NCBI GenBank assembly: GCA_963701075.1
Contig: OY969559.1
Span: forward strand, 864,001 to 928,000
Source of the DNA: an uncultured Nitrososphaerota archaeon
Lineage (GTDB): Archaea > Thermoproteota > Nitrososphaeria > Nitrososphaerales > Nitrosopumilaceae
Reading direction: 5' to 3'
Length of the DNA stretch: 64,000 nt
In this document: positions 50,831 to 61,044 of the stretch, one piece after another
How positions within the stretch are numbered: position 1 is the stretch's first letter
How the letters are laid out: each line of letters opens with the position of its first letter
Program-made: the position numbers and the translations under genes
The notes under the pieces: generated by a model
What the model was told of the DNA's origin: nothing
Databases searched by the model: none
What the model saw: the letters and a program-made list of their open reading frames with translations, nothing else

Positions 50831-51949
50831 TTGAGCCAACTAACTCAACAACTTCATCATTCTGAGATAGGTGATATTTTAGAAAATTCTGTTGCTGGAA
50901 AAAGACCTGGCTATGATGAATGTTTGAGACTTTTGGACTCTGATGATGTTCATCTAATGGGTCTTGTAGGTGGACACCTTACAAGAAAAAAATTTGGAAA
51001 AAAAGCCTCATTTGTAAACAATATGATTCTCAATTACACCAATGTGTGTATAACTGATTGCAAGTTTTGTGCGTTTTACAGGCCACCGGGACACGACGAG
51101 TCTTATACTGTGTCATTAGAACAGGTTGAATCAAGATTAAAGGCAGCATGGGATATGTTTGGCATTACACAGGTGATGTTTCAGGGCGGACATAATCCAA
51201 AGCTTAGAATCGAGTACTATGAAGACGCGTTTAGACTTATTCGCAAAAAATTTCCCAAAGTGGGAGTTCATGCCCTTTCAGCGTCTGAAATTGACATGAT
51301 ATCAAAGGTAGAACACACAAGCACCAAGGAGGTACTTGCAAGACTGAAAGAAGCGGGCCTTCAATCAGTACCTGGTGCCGGAGCAGAAATTCTAGTTGAT
51401 AGTGTAAAGCAAGTGATAAGCCCCAAGAAGATCTCAAGTGATACGTGGCTTAGAATAATGGAAGAAGCTCACAGCATGGATATTCCCGCATCTGCTACAA
51501 TGATGTATGGTCATGTTGAAACAAAAAAAGAAATTGCGGAACACTTTGTAAAGATTGGAAAACTCCAAGAAAAGACTGGTGGATTTATGGCATTTATTCC
51601 GTGGAGCTTTGAGCCAAACAATACACTCATGCAAAAAGAAGAGACGGTCAAGTATGCCGCAGGAGGAACCGAGCTACTAAAGATGATTGCCATATCAAGA
51701 ATAATGTATGATGGACTCATACCCCACATCCAGTCATCATGGCTCACAAACGGTATAGCTATGGCCCAGATGGCATTACAGTATGGTGCAGATGACTTTG
51801 GAGGAACACTGCTTGGAGAGGAAGTGGTATCATGTACCGGTGCAAGGTCTACAGAACTTACAGCGCCTAAAATCATTGATGCCGTAAAACAAATTGGATA
51901 TCAAGTGGAAGAACGCGATAACTTTTACAATATTGTAAAAACGTACTAA
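50831..51949 (+). CDS. mqnC: CofH/MqnC-family radical SAM (probably cyclic dehypoxanthine futalosine synthase)
   Basis: NYTNVCITDCKFCAFYR, QGGHNP, PGAGAEIL, ATMMYGHVE, AFIPWSF, YGADDFGG. Confidence 0.8.
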   Translation: MSQLTQQLHHSEIGDILENSVAGKRPGYDECLRLLDSDDVHLMGLVGGHLTRKKFGKKASFVNNMILNYTNVCITDCKFCAFYRPPGHDESYTVSLEQVESRLKAAWDMFGITQVMFQGGHNPKLRIEYYEDAFRLIRKKFPKVGVHALSASEIDMISKVEHTSTKEVLARLKEAGLQSVPGAGAEILVDSVKQVISPKKISSDTWLRIMEEAHSMDIPASATMMYGHVETKKEIAEHFVKIGKLQEKTGGFMAFIPWSFEPNNTLMQKEETVKYAAGGTELLKMIAISRIMYDGLIPHIQSSWLTNGIAMAQMALQYGADDFGGTLLGEEVVSCTGARSTELTAPKIIDAVKQIGYQVEERDNFYNIVKTY

Positions 51950-53433
51950 ATCCCATAACTGGACCACTTGGAATCAACGAGTTTCTTGGTATCTTCATCT
52001 GATTTTACAAGTTCCTGAATTTCTCTTTGGTATCCTTCTTCCTTTGTTTTCTGTGTAGCGTCAATTCCAAGTTTTGAGCCCAGATTGACCAGTGGTGATG
52101 CTGGGTCAAGAGTATCAGTAGGGGTGTTGTTAACTATGGTAACATCTCTTGCCGCATCTGCACGAGTTGTAACTGCCCATATTACATCATTCATGTCGTG
52201 TACGTTGACGTCCTCGTCGACTACGACAAAAATTTTTGTTAGTGCAAGCTGGCCCATTCCCCACAAGCCCATCATGACTTTTTTTGCCTGTCCTGGGTAT
52301 CGTTTCTTGATTGATATTATTGCCATCCCTTGGAACCATCCTGCAGCAGGCATTGAAAAATCAACTACCTCTGGATGAAACATTCTGATGAGTGGAAGAA
52401 ATGAGCGCTCTATTACTTTTCCAATGAAAGCATCTTCTAAGATTGGTTTTCCGACTATGGTAGTTAGGTAGATTGGTTTTTGTCTTCTCATAATTCCAGT
52501 TAATGTAAACACTGGATATGGTTCAGGCGGCGTGTAGTATCCAGTGTGATCACCAAATGGACCTTCCATTCTGATATCTGAAGGGTCCACATATCCCTCA
52601 AGTATCATCTCTGCATTTGCAGGTACTTCGAGATCAACTGTTCTACATTTTACAGTCTTGATTCCTGTCTTTCTTGTGATTCCTGCAAAGACATACTTGT
52701 CAAGTCCTTCTGGCACTGGTGCAACGGCAGAAAAAACTGTAGCAGGGTCTGCACCGATTATTACCGCTACCTCTATCTTGCTACCCGAATCTTTTTTGAT
52801 ATCATAATGATGTGCTCCACGTTTGTGCTTTTGCCAGTGCATGAGAGCATGAGTCTTGTCTAAAACCTGCATCCTGTATACCCCAAGATTTCTAACTCCT
52901 GTCTCGGGATGTTTTGTGGCAGCAAGACCAAACGTAATGAACCTTCCTGCATCCTTTGGCCATGTCTTCAAGATTGGAATTTTTTCAAATGACGGCAAGT
53001 CTTCAAACACTTCTGTTACAGGGCCACTCTTTTGTAATTTCGGTGCAATGTCCGTTATCTTTGAAAGCTCTGGAAGTTTTCGTAGTTTATCAAAAATTCC
53101 ACTTGGAACTTCCATGCGAGTCATATCAACAATCCTCTGACCAATTTCCGTGAAATCAGAACTCTCTAATCCAATTTCTAATCGCTTCATGGAACCAAAA
53201 GCATTTCCTAAAACTGGCATGTCATAATTTTTTACATTTTCAAAAAGGACTGCGGGACCATTTGAATACATGACGCGACTTAGAATTTCTGAAATCTCAA
53301 GATTGGCGTCAACCTGCGTCTTTACTCTTTTTAGCTCACCTGCTTTTTCGAGCTTGTCTACAAACTCGGAAAGCTCCTCAATTGGCACAACGTCTATTGA
53401 ATATGTATCTGGTATAAGCTTAACTGGATTCAT
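51946..53433 (-). CDS. ubiD: UbiD-family decarboxylase (menaquinone pathway type)
   Basis: GPAVLFENV, NLGVYRMQV, EGPFGDHTGYY, KLGIDAT. Confidence 0.9.
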   Translation of the reverse strand: MNPVKLIPDTYSIDVVPIEELSEFVDKLEKAGELKRVKTQVDANLEISEILSRVMYSNGPAVLFENVKNYDMPVLGNAFGSMKRLEIGLESSDFTEIGQRIVDMTRMEVPSGIFDKLRKLPELSKITDIAPKLQKSGPVTEVFEDLPSFEKIPILKTWPKDAGRFITFGLAATKHPETGVRNLGVYRMQVLDKTHALMHWQKHKRGAHHYDIKKDSGSKIEVAVIIGADPATVFSAVAPVPEGLDKYVFAGITRKTGIKTVKCRTVDLEVPANAEMILEGYVDPSDIRMEGPFGDHTGYYTPPEPYPVFTLTGIMRRQKPIYLTTIVGKPILEDAFIGKVIERSFLPLIRMFHPEVVDFSMPAAGWFQGMAIISIKKRYPGQAKKVMMGLWGMGQLALTKIFVVVDEDVNVHDMNDVIWAVTTRADAARDVTIVNNTPTDTLDPASPLVNLGSKLGIDATQKTKEEGYQREIQELVKSDEDTKKLVDSKWSSYGI

Positions 53434-53496
53434 ACTGAGAAACAGGAAAGGGTTTTAACAAAAGAACTTTAATATCCTCTAAGGGAATGGCATAAG

Positions 53497-53727
53497 TTGT
53501 CCGGCCAAAAATGCTCCGTCTGTGGCGGCGGTGGGAAGATTGTTCTTTTAGATACTCAATGTTCTTTTTGCAACGGAACTGGGGAATATAGCAGAACTGC
53601 AGACAGTTACATGAAGTCGCATATTTGTCAATGCATCTTTTTGGACAGGATAACATGTCCACTTTGTGGAAAGAAATGTCATCACGACACTCCAAACAAA
53701 CCAAAAATTTTGATAGGTCCAGTCTAG
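53497..53727 (+). CDS. Cys/His-rich microprotein with DnaJ-type CxxCxGxG repeats
   Basis: CSVCGGGG, CSFCNGTG, HICQC, CPLCGKKCHH. Confidence 0.65.
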   Translation: MSGQKCSVCGGGGKIVLLDTQCSFCNGTGEYSRTADSYMKSHICQCIFLDRITCPLCGKKCHHDTPNKPKILIGPV

Positions 53728-54101
53728 ATAATAGGTGGCAATTCGTTTTTCTTGTCGTGACCGCCAGATCCAAACCTGCAGTAAAAACATTGGTCTGATT
53801 GCATGTACTTTAGCTGTTCAACCTTTATCGCTCCAATTTTTAGCGCAATCTTGGTGAGGATCCTGTACTTGAGCGGCATTGCGGGAATCACCTCTTTTAG
53901 ATAAACGCGATAATGGTCAGGACAGAACTTTAACGTAATACTGCTTGATTCCTTGGAGGTCTCGCTTACCGTCTTGGCTACGTTGATCTGCTCCCTTATG
54001 TATTCATGCTTTGGGCAAGGGCAATCCTTTCCCCCTGGGTGCTTGTATGCAGGCGTGTTTTTCCAGTCAAATTCGGGATATTCCTTCTCAAAATCGTCCA
54101 A
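53724..54101 (-). CDS. Hypothetical metal-binding protein
   Basis: CPCPKH, CPDH, CFYC. Confidence 0.65.
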   Translation of the reverse strand: MDDFEKEYPEFDWKNTPAYKHPGGKDCPCPKHEYIREQINVAKTVSETSKESSSITLKFCPDHYRVYLKEVIPAMPLKYRILTKIALKIGAIKVEQLKYMQSDQCFYCRFGSGGHDKKNELPPII

Positions 54102-54199
54102 TGGCTTAAAATCGGCCTTTAGTCATATAAAACTTCTATAAATACTAGAATTACACGTGATCAAAATCTAAATAAACTACTTTACCAGAAAGCAAATAC

Positions 54200-55333
54200 A
54201 TGTCAAAAGAATCTAAACCAAAAAAAACACGTTCTACTAAAAAAGTTTCAGAGGGCGAATCTCATCATACAGCGGAACTTGAAGCAAAAATAGCAGAGCT
54301 TGAGGCCAAGCTTACTAATTTATCTTCACAGGTAAAGCCAGCAGAGGCAAAACATACTCACACGGCACCTCCGCCAAAACCATCCTCTTCACGCGGTACA
54401 TTGCCTGCTGGATTTAACGCACCACCACCAACTCCCAAGGAGACTCCAAAACCAGAACCGGCAAAACCAAGACCTGCTGCTTCAGGTCCAACACATGGTA
54501 CATTACCAGCTGGTTTCAAAGCACCACCTCCACCAACACCAAAGGAGGAGCCAAGGGCAACACCATCATCTGAATCAACATACTCAGGTGACGTATCACC
54601 AACATATGCTAAATTAAGCTCCACAGGTTACACTGGAAACAAGTATTTTGCAACAAGACCTAGATTGTCGTATCATCCTGCAAACAAACAGTTTACAGGA
54701 TCAGGATCAAAAACTACTACAACCACTACAACTACTGCACCGCCACCTCCACCACCGCCAGCTCCCGAACCAGCACCAAAACCATCATCTTCACGCGGTA
54801 CATTGCCTGCTGGAACGGTAGAATCAGAAAAGAAATCGATGTGGAGGTCAAAGGGTTCAGAATATGAGAATTATGTTTCAGAGGAAGAGACTCGTAAAGC
54901 GCCTCCACCTCCACCAAAACCATCATCTTCACGCGGTACATTGCCTGCTGGATTTAACGCACCACCACCAACTCCCAAGGAGACTCCAAAACCAGAACCG
55001 GCAAAACCAAGACCTGCTGCTTCAGGTCCAACACATGGTACATTACCAGCTGGTTTCAAAGCACCACCTCCACCAACACCAAAGGAGGAGCCAAGGGCAA
55101 CACCATCATCTGAATCAACATACTCAGGTGACGTATCACCAACATATGCTAAATTAAGCTCCACAGGTTACACTGGAAACAAGTATTTTGCAACAAGACC
55201 TAGATTGTCGTATCATCCTGCAAACAAACAGTTTACAGGATCAGGATCAAAAACTACTGCAGCGCCACCAGCGCCAGAGCCGGCAAAACCAAAAACTCTA
55301 CGCGGTACACTGCCAGCAGGTTTTAAGCCTTAA
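54200..55333 (+). CDS. Proline-rich, largely disordered repeat protein with N-terminal coiled coil
   Basis: AELEAKIAELEAKL heptads; six GTLPAG motifs; two GNKYFATRPRLSYHPANKQF motifs. Confidence 0.8.
   Translation: MSKESKPKKTRSTKKVSEGESHHTAELEAKIAELEAKLTNLSSQVKPAEAKHTHTAPPPKPSSSRGTLPAGFNAPPPTPKETPKPEPAKPRPAASGPTHGTLPAGFKAPPPPTPKEEPRATPSSESTYSGDVSPTYAKLSSTGYTGNKYFATRPRLSYHPANKQFTGSGSKTTTTTTTTAPPPPPPPAPEPAPKPSSSRGTLPAGTVESEKKSMWRSKGSEYENYVSEEETRKAPPPPPKPSSSRGTLPAGFNAPPPTPKETPKPEPAKPRPAASGPTHGTLPAGFKAPPPPTPKEEPRATPSSESTYSGDVSPTYAKLSSTGYTGNKYFATRPRLSYHPANKQFTGSGSKTTAAPPAPEPAKPKTLRGTLPAGFKP
54386..55258 (+). repeat. Exact 333-bp direct repeat (54386-54718 = 54926-55258, offset 540) within the Pro-rich CDS
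   Basis: Line-by-line identity; extends to 54366/54906 with 2 mismatches; partial third copy about 54776-54813. Confidence 0.95.
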
Positions 55334-55781
55334 AGGCTTCTAGTACTTCTTGTGAGTGTCCTGCAGGTTTTACTTTTTCAAAAACCCTAAAAATTTTTCC
55401 TTTTTCATCTACTAGGAAAGTTGTTCTGTTTACTCCCATGTACTCACGTCCCATGAACTGTTTCTTTCCCCAGACGCCAAATTTCTTTGCCACATCTTTG
55501 TCTGTATCAGCAAGCAAGATGAATGGAACACTCATCTTCTCACCAAACTTTTTGTGAGACTCTTCATCGTCAGGGCTTATCCCGACTATCTCAATTCCGG
55601 CACTCTTGAATTTCTTGTAATCGCGAGCAAATTCTGCAGCCTCTGTCGTACATCCAGGCGTGAAATCTTTTGGGTAAAAGTAGACAACATATTTTTTTCC
55701 CTTAAAGTCTGCTTTTTTGAGAATCTTTCCCTCTGCATCCTTTAACGCAAAATCCGGAACTTGTTCTCCTTCAGCTAACAT
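55323..55781 (-). CDS. bcp: Peroxiredoxin Bcp (1-Cys type)
   Basis: YFYPKDFTPGCTTEA, GISPD, RTTFLVD. Confidence 0.92.
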   Translation of the reverse strand: MLAEGEQVPDFALKDAEGKILKKADFKGKKYVVYFYPKDFTPGCTTEAAEFARDYKKFKSAGIEIVGISPDDEESHKKFGEKMSVPFILLADTDKDVAKKFGVWGKKQFMGREYMGVNRTTFLVDEKGKIFRVFEKVKPAGHSQEVLEAFKA

Positions 55782-55871
55782 GGTATCAAAAATAACGAAT
55801 CCCTAATTATTTTTTGTCAAGTGATTTCGAATGTTTTATATGGTATGCGCCTTAGGTGAAATTTCAGTAAT

Positions 55872-56582
55872 ATGGTAAATCCACGTGCATGGCTTGCTGA
55901 AGCAATTGGAACATACTGCTTGGTCTTCTTTGGACCTGTTGCCATTGGGCTTGCGGCAGTTGCATATGGAACTGGGCTATCAATTCAAGCAATAGTGATG
56001 ATAGCACTTGCACATGGAGCCGCAATAGGCCTCATGGTTTACGCGTTTGGACACGTATCTGGGGGGCACTTTAACCCGGCTGTTACTATTTCCATGTTGG
56101 TAACAAAACGAATCAACGTCAAAGACGGCATGGTGTATATAATTTTCCAACTTATTGGTGCAATAGTTGCTGCTGCCTCTTACAAGGCTATTTTACCTGA
56201 TATTGGCGCGAGGGTAAACTATGGAACTCAGGCTGGGCCAAGTGCATTACTTCATAACAGTGTCTCGTCTGGATTTGCAGTAGAAACAATTCTCACATTC
56301 TTCCTTGTAACAGTGATTTTCATGACTGCAGTGCACAAAAAAGCTCCCGCTGGAATGTATGGTCTTGCAATAGGCGGGATGATATTTTTGATACACTTGA
56401 TTGGAGTGCCACTAACGGGAGCAAGTGTCAACCCTGCAAGAACATTTGGACCTGCGCTAATCTCTGGATACTGGAACTATGACTGGATGTATTGGGCAGC
56501 TCCCATTACTGGTGCAATAATTGCAGGATTGATAATGAACTATGTCTTTACCAAAAAGGCAGAACAAGAAGAAATAGCGTAG
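55872..56582 (+). CDS. MIP-family aquaporin
   Basis: SGGHFNPAVT and GASVNPARTFGPA. Confidence 0.95.
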   Translation: MVNPRAWLAEAIGTYCLVFFGPVAIGLAAVAYGTGLSIQAIVMIALAHGAAIGLMVYAFGHVSGGHFNPAVTISMLVTKRINVKDGMVYIIFQLIGAIVAAASYKAILPDIGARVNYGTQAGPSALLHNSVSSGFAVETILTFFLVTVIFMTAVHKKAPAGMYGLAIGGMIFLIHLIGVPLTGASVNPARTFGPALISGYWNYDWMYWAAPITGAIIAGLIMNYVFTKKAEQEEIA

Positions 56583-56633
56583 TTTTTCTATTTATTTGAA
56601 ATGTATTATAACGGGTCAACTGAAAGTTTCTTT

Positions 56634-56708
56634 GGACCCGTTGCACAGCTTGGATAGTGCGCGAGCTTGCGGAGCTTGAGGTCGGGGGTTCGAGTCCCCT
56701 CGGGTCCG
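56634..56708 (+). tRNA. tRNA-Arg(GCG)
   Basis: GGACCCG/CGGGTCC acceptor, GCAC/GTGC D arm, CGAGC-TTGCGGA-GCTTG, GGGGG-TTCGAGT-CCCCT; TATTATAA about 25 nt upstream. Confidence 0.95.
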
Positions 56709-57353
56709 TTGTATCTGTTATCAGGAGCCCTGCTTATTTTTGATGACAATCTTGCCATTTGGAAGGGGATTTTGGTAGAATACCTAAAGATTCATGCACT
56801 ATGAATTGAAAAGAACCTAAAACCTATCTGGCTTTATCAATAATTTCTATTTCTTCTTTGTGATTGTTTAATGGAATCATAATTAAATGCATGAATTAAT
56901 TTCGTGCAATTTCATTCATAATCGTAATTAATTCATCTGGAAACTTCTGGTTAGAGTCTAATTTCAATAACACCATATTCATTAAGATATCTTTGCTAAT
57001 TGAACTCTTAAAGAATTCTCGTCCTATGTCAGATAAGAGAATTTTTGGATCAACATAAGATAACCAACAGTTATCCCAAACATGCATCACATCTTTTTCT
57101 AATGAAGTGATTTTTGTATCTAATTCGCTTAGTAATTTCTCAGTTCTTTGCCTTCTCACATTATAATAATTTTTTATCTCATCTATTGCCTTTTGACCAT
57201 CTGGCAATTTTGGTTGAGGAGGATTTAGTTTTGCGTTTTCTTCAAAAAGGAATTTGTCTAAAACTGTTTGTTGCACATATTTCATAGAGATTTTTTTTAC
57301 GGCTTCAATAAAATCACTGTGTGATTTAATCTCATTTTTTCCTATTGTACTAT

Positions 57354-58227
57354 CAACTCATCCTAAAACCCTCCAATACATCATTATTCCAGTAATGTTA
57401 AGAAATGCCAGATAATTTTCTGCAATTCTCTCATATCTGATTCTAATTCTGTGGAATCCACATTTGAGCCATGCAAAGAATCTCTCCACCACGTATCTTG
57501 TCCTGTTGTAATTACTCTGACTTTTCTTATTGTTGTTATTTTTGAAATTTCTGGATGGAATGCAGTCCCTGATGTTTCTATTCTTTAGATACTCTCTAAT
57601 CTTTTTTGCATCATAACCCTTGTCTGCATATACAGCTACGATCTGTTCTATGGAATCATCATCAAGATATTCAGAGATGTTTTCCATCACATCGATGAGC
57701 TTTGTTGAATCATGCTCATTTGCAGGACCAATAATTATTGATACTGGAAGTGAATTGCAATCTACTGCAACATGTATTTTCGTGCCTGATATTCTTTTGA
57801 ATCCGTCGTATCCTGTCACATCTCCCCTTTTTTGGCTGCAACAGTTGACGAATCAACCGATACCTTTTGCAGCTGTATCTTCCCTGAATGGTGTGCTGAT
57901 TTTATTGCATCAGATAAGATATTTTGCCAGATTCCTTTTTGCTGCCATTTCTGCAATCTGAGATGAGCAGTTGATTTTGAGCCGTATCTTTTTGGCATCT
58001 CCTCCCACCTGCAGCCGGTAACCAGAATAAACATGATTCCATTTATTGTGGTACGGTCATCACACCTTGGTCTGCCTGTTCTGGCAGGCGATGGAAGGTG
58101 TTTTTGTATTGTTTCCCATTGTTTGTCTGAGATTTCTTGGAATTTCATGGAATCAGTGTGATTATTCCATCTGATAGATCCAGTGATCGTCAAAAATTTA
58201 CTAAATGATCAGTTTTAGGATGAGTTG
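57354..58227 (-). mobile_element. IS5-family insertion sequence (IS427-like two-ORF form), 874 bp
   Basis: Perfect 16-bp TIRs CAACTCATCCTAAAAC/GTTTTAGGATGAGTTG; TAT target duplication at 57351-57353 and 58228-58230. Confidence 0.95.
57358..58148 (-). CDS. IS5 transposase, orfA/orfB joined by a probable -1 frameshift at AAAAAAG (~57827-57833)
   Basis: TGRPR, TGCRWEEMP, VDSS (orfA); GTKIHVAVD, ADKGYD, RYVVERFFAWLK (orfB). Confidence 0.9.
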
Positions 58228-59693
58228 TATATATTTCGAAAAGAACTGGAGAATCTAGTATGAAATTTTCAATTTCTCGTCTAGACCAGAAAAATATCTT
58301 GTTCGGTGCTTTCTTCATCATAGTTTCAATTTCAGCATCAGAAAAAAAATCACGATCTTTAATCATTGCCACTCTTCCAAGATTAGAAATTATTTCAAGT
58401 ATTTCAGGTGTCATATGAGAACCACCATTAAAAACTTCAAATTTGATGTTTGAATTATCGATACGAATTTTTGATAGAATTTCTTTATCTGTTGATCCTT
58501 CTACAAAAACTGTTTTATCATATGCGATAAAATTGAATTTTGATGAACCAAGTTTTTCATAAAGTAATAATTTATCGACCTCGTCTTTTATGTTAATTAA
58601 TTGATTATCATCCTGTTTCCTTAGGTGAAATAACGATTCATCAGGAGTTAAAGAAATTATTTCTGACGAATGAGTTGTCATGAAAACCTGATTTCCAGTT
58701 TTCGTCATCTCTTGAAGGTAATGAAATGCGGCTTTTTGTGAACTGGGATGTAAATGTAATTCTGGTTCATCGAAAAGAATTATTGAATGGGACATTTTTA
58801 GAGTATGTAAAGTAAAATATGTCATTAAAATTTCTCTTTCGCCTGAACTTAGCGAATCTAGATCTAAAGTACCATCTTCATTTTTTACAAAGATCTCTCC
58901 AATAACTCCACGCTTGAATTTTACAATTATTTCTCTTCCAATCAATTTTTTAATTAGTTCTACTATCTCAGGAAAACGCTTATCCGCACTTTCTATAAGA
59001 CGATCATCTGCATATATGCTAAGAATGGTTTGTTTTAGACGAACAAACTTGTTTTGTGGATTAAGACCCAGTCTAGAAGATAAAAAAAACTCATTGTTTT
59101 GTTGACCTACTTCTAGTTGTGCTTTGCCTTCTTGGTAATTTCTATAAGCTGAAATGTACTCAATGATGGTGTTTTCGCTACCTTCTTGAGGTATTTTGAA
59201 TATTTGATTACATGCAATTGATTGAAAATTTTTCCAACTCCCATGATCGTATTCTATGCCAATTGTAGCTTTTTTATCTTCGCCGATGATCTTCTTCTCG
59301 TGTTCAGTAGTTGGTGTAATTTCTAGCATAATTTTTGCTTTCTCTTCACCATTTCTGATCATGTTGTTCACATAGTCAGGATTATCACTCAATTGTGATT
59401 CTTGACGGTGATACGGATATAATCTTGATTTAACAAATCGAATTGCTTCTAGAATGGATGTTTTGCCAACTCCATTAGGACCAGCAATTATTATGAGATT
59501 TGGAATATCTTTTAAATTTAATTTCTTAATTGATTTAAAATTTTCAATTTCAATCCCAGTTATTTTCATATAAACATAACAAAATCAGTCCAAGATAAAT
59601 CAATTTATCATGCTTTCAAGCGTGTTTTATTTTTGGTAGTAGTTTAAAGAATAATGAATTTAACAAATATATCTACTAATATCTTTCAGATTT

Positions 59694-59996
59694 TTACCCT
59701 TTAGAGTCATCCGTGATCTCTCTTATGCTTCCACTTCCAATCTTTATTTTAGGATACACCGCCATTCCTTCCACATATTCTTCCTTTTGATCATCATAGT
59801 AATTAAAACGCCCAGCGTCAGGAAAGTCTCGTAAAAGTTCTATTGTTAATATTTTTTCTCTGTTCGGCGCCTGCGTTATTTCATGAGTATGTGCATATAC
59901 CTCAACTGTTTTTTTGATACGTGGCTCAAACCATTTACCTAAAACCAGTTTTACATAATACTCTTCTGCCACTTCATACGTTATAATTAAAATCAT
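59694..59996 (-). CDS. Hypothetical protein
   Basis: 100-aa ORF in the island. Confidence 0.5.
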   Translation of the reverse strand: MILIITYEVAEEYYVKLVLGKWFEPRIKKTVEVYAHTHEITQAPNREKILTIELLRDFPDAGRFNYYDDQKEEYVEGMAVYPKIKIGSGSIREITDDSKG

Positions 59997-60057
59997 AATT
60001 AAGAATTTCCAACAAATCCTAAATTACGTATTACCAGTCTGAAAGTGAACTTTAAGA

Positions 60058-60660
60058 CTATTTTGATGAAATTCTTATTTTTGTTCTTGCTAAACTTTTT
60101 TCAAATTCTTCAATAAGCGGGCGAATCTTAATGCCATTATGATAATAAATGGATAATAGTTTTTTAAATTCTTTTTCATTTTTACAAAATACTATTTTAT
60201 CAATAATGTAAGTTGAGTTTATAGTAAGGTTCTCTATTTCTTTAAATTTTTTACCCATTTCAGGATCAGCATAGTAAAAGCGTAAAGTTGAGAGAAACCG
60301 CGAGCTAAAACTATAATGAGCGTATAGTTGTTTTTTATATTCTTTGTATTCTTCAGACATTTTTTCATATGGAAAATCTTTCTCATCTTTTGGAAGAATT
60401 ATGTCATCATCTATGGGTGGTATAATATTTGATGAATTCCAATTCACATATGTAGTAAATATCATGTCATAAAACATGTCATTAAGATTTGCAGAGGATT
60501 TAGGCCCTCTCTCATAATCTGAAAGAATTTCTCTCTTAATGTTGTTGATCTCTTTTCTTTTTTGCCAATTGCTGGCAGTTAATCCAGTAGTCACACAAGC
60601 TCCTAACACGGGAATTGAAACTAAAATTATATCTTTAGCAAGACCATAATCAAAATCCAT
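60058..60660 (-). CDS. Single N-terminal TM, helical hypothetical protein
   Basis: IILVSIPVLGACVTTGL TM followed by WQKRKE; low GC. Confidence 0.65.
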   Translation of the reverse strand: MDFDYGLAKDIILVSIPVLGACVTTGLTASNWQKRKEINNIKREILSDYERGPKSSANLNDMFYDMIFTTYVNWNSSNIIPPIDDDIILPKDEKDFPYEKMSEEYKEYKKQLYAHYSFSSRFLSTLRFYYADPEMGKKFKEIENLTINSTYIIDKIVFCKNEKEFKKLLSIYYHNGIKIRPLIEEFEKSLARTKIRISSK

Positions 60661-60810
60661 TGTTATGGTATTCTACCGCCTTTAGATATGATAAACTCTC
60701 GTATCAGTTTTATCCGGTACAATAATTATTTAAGGATGATCCAAATAGTTTATGTGCGGAATGTACTGTACAATACTAAAAGCATATTTACAGTAACCAT
60801 TAAACCACAT

Positions 60811-61044
60811 ATGTTGAATGACTATGAAAGACTGTCAATCACAAAGTGCCCGATGTGTGGTAGCCCGCATGAATACAATTTAACGATTGAGTATTCTCCG
60901 GTTTTTCAGCTATTAACAGTTATACCTAATACATCCAAAAAGAAATTTGAAGTTTATTTGACATGTCCTGTTAAAGACTCTACCTTCAAAGCAGTAATAG
61001 AATTAGATACTTCCGGTAAAAGTATATCTGGGGTGCATGAATAA
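60811..61044 (+). CDS. Small zinc-binding protein (CPMCGSPH...CP)
   Basis: 77 aa; stop directly abuts the next ATG. Confidence 0.6.
   Translation: MLNDYERLSITKCPMCGSPHEYNLTIEYSPVFQLLTVIPNTSKKKFEVYLTCPVKDSTFKAVIELDTSGKSISGVHE

Larger units (their letters stand above)
56896..59569 (-). pseudogene. ABC-ATPase + TOPRIM (DUF4435/OLD-like; PARIS AriAB-like) gene interrupted by IS5
   Basis: GPNGVGKT, LSSGE, LFDEPELHLHP, TTHS; FVEGSTD, DRD, REIENF; deleting 57354-58227 plus one TAT restores a 598-aa ORF (EIY-STIGKNE). Confidence 0.85.
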
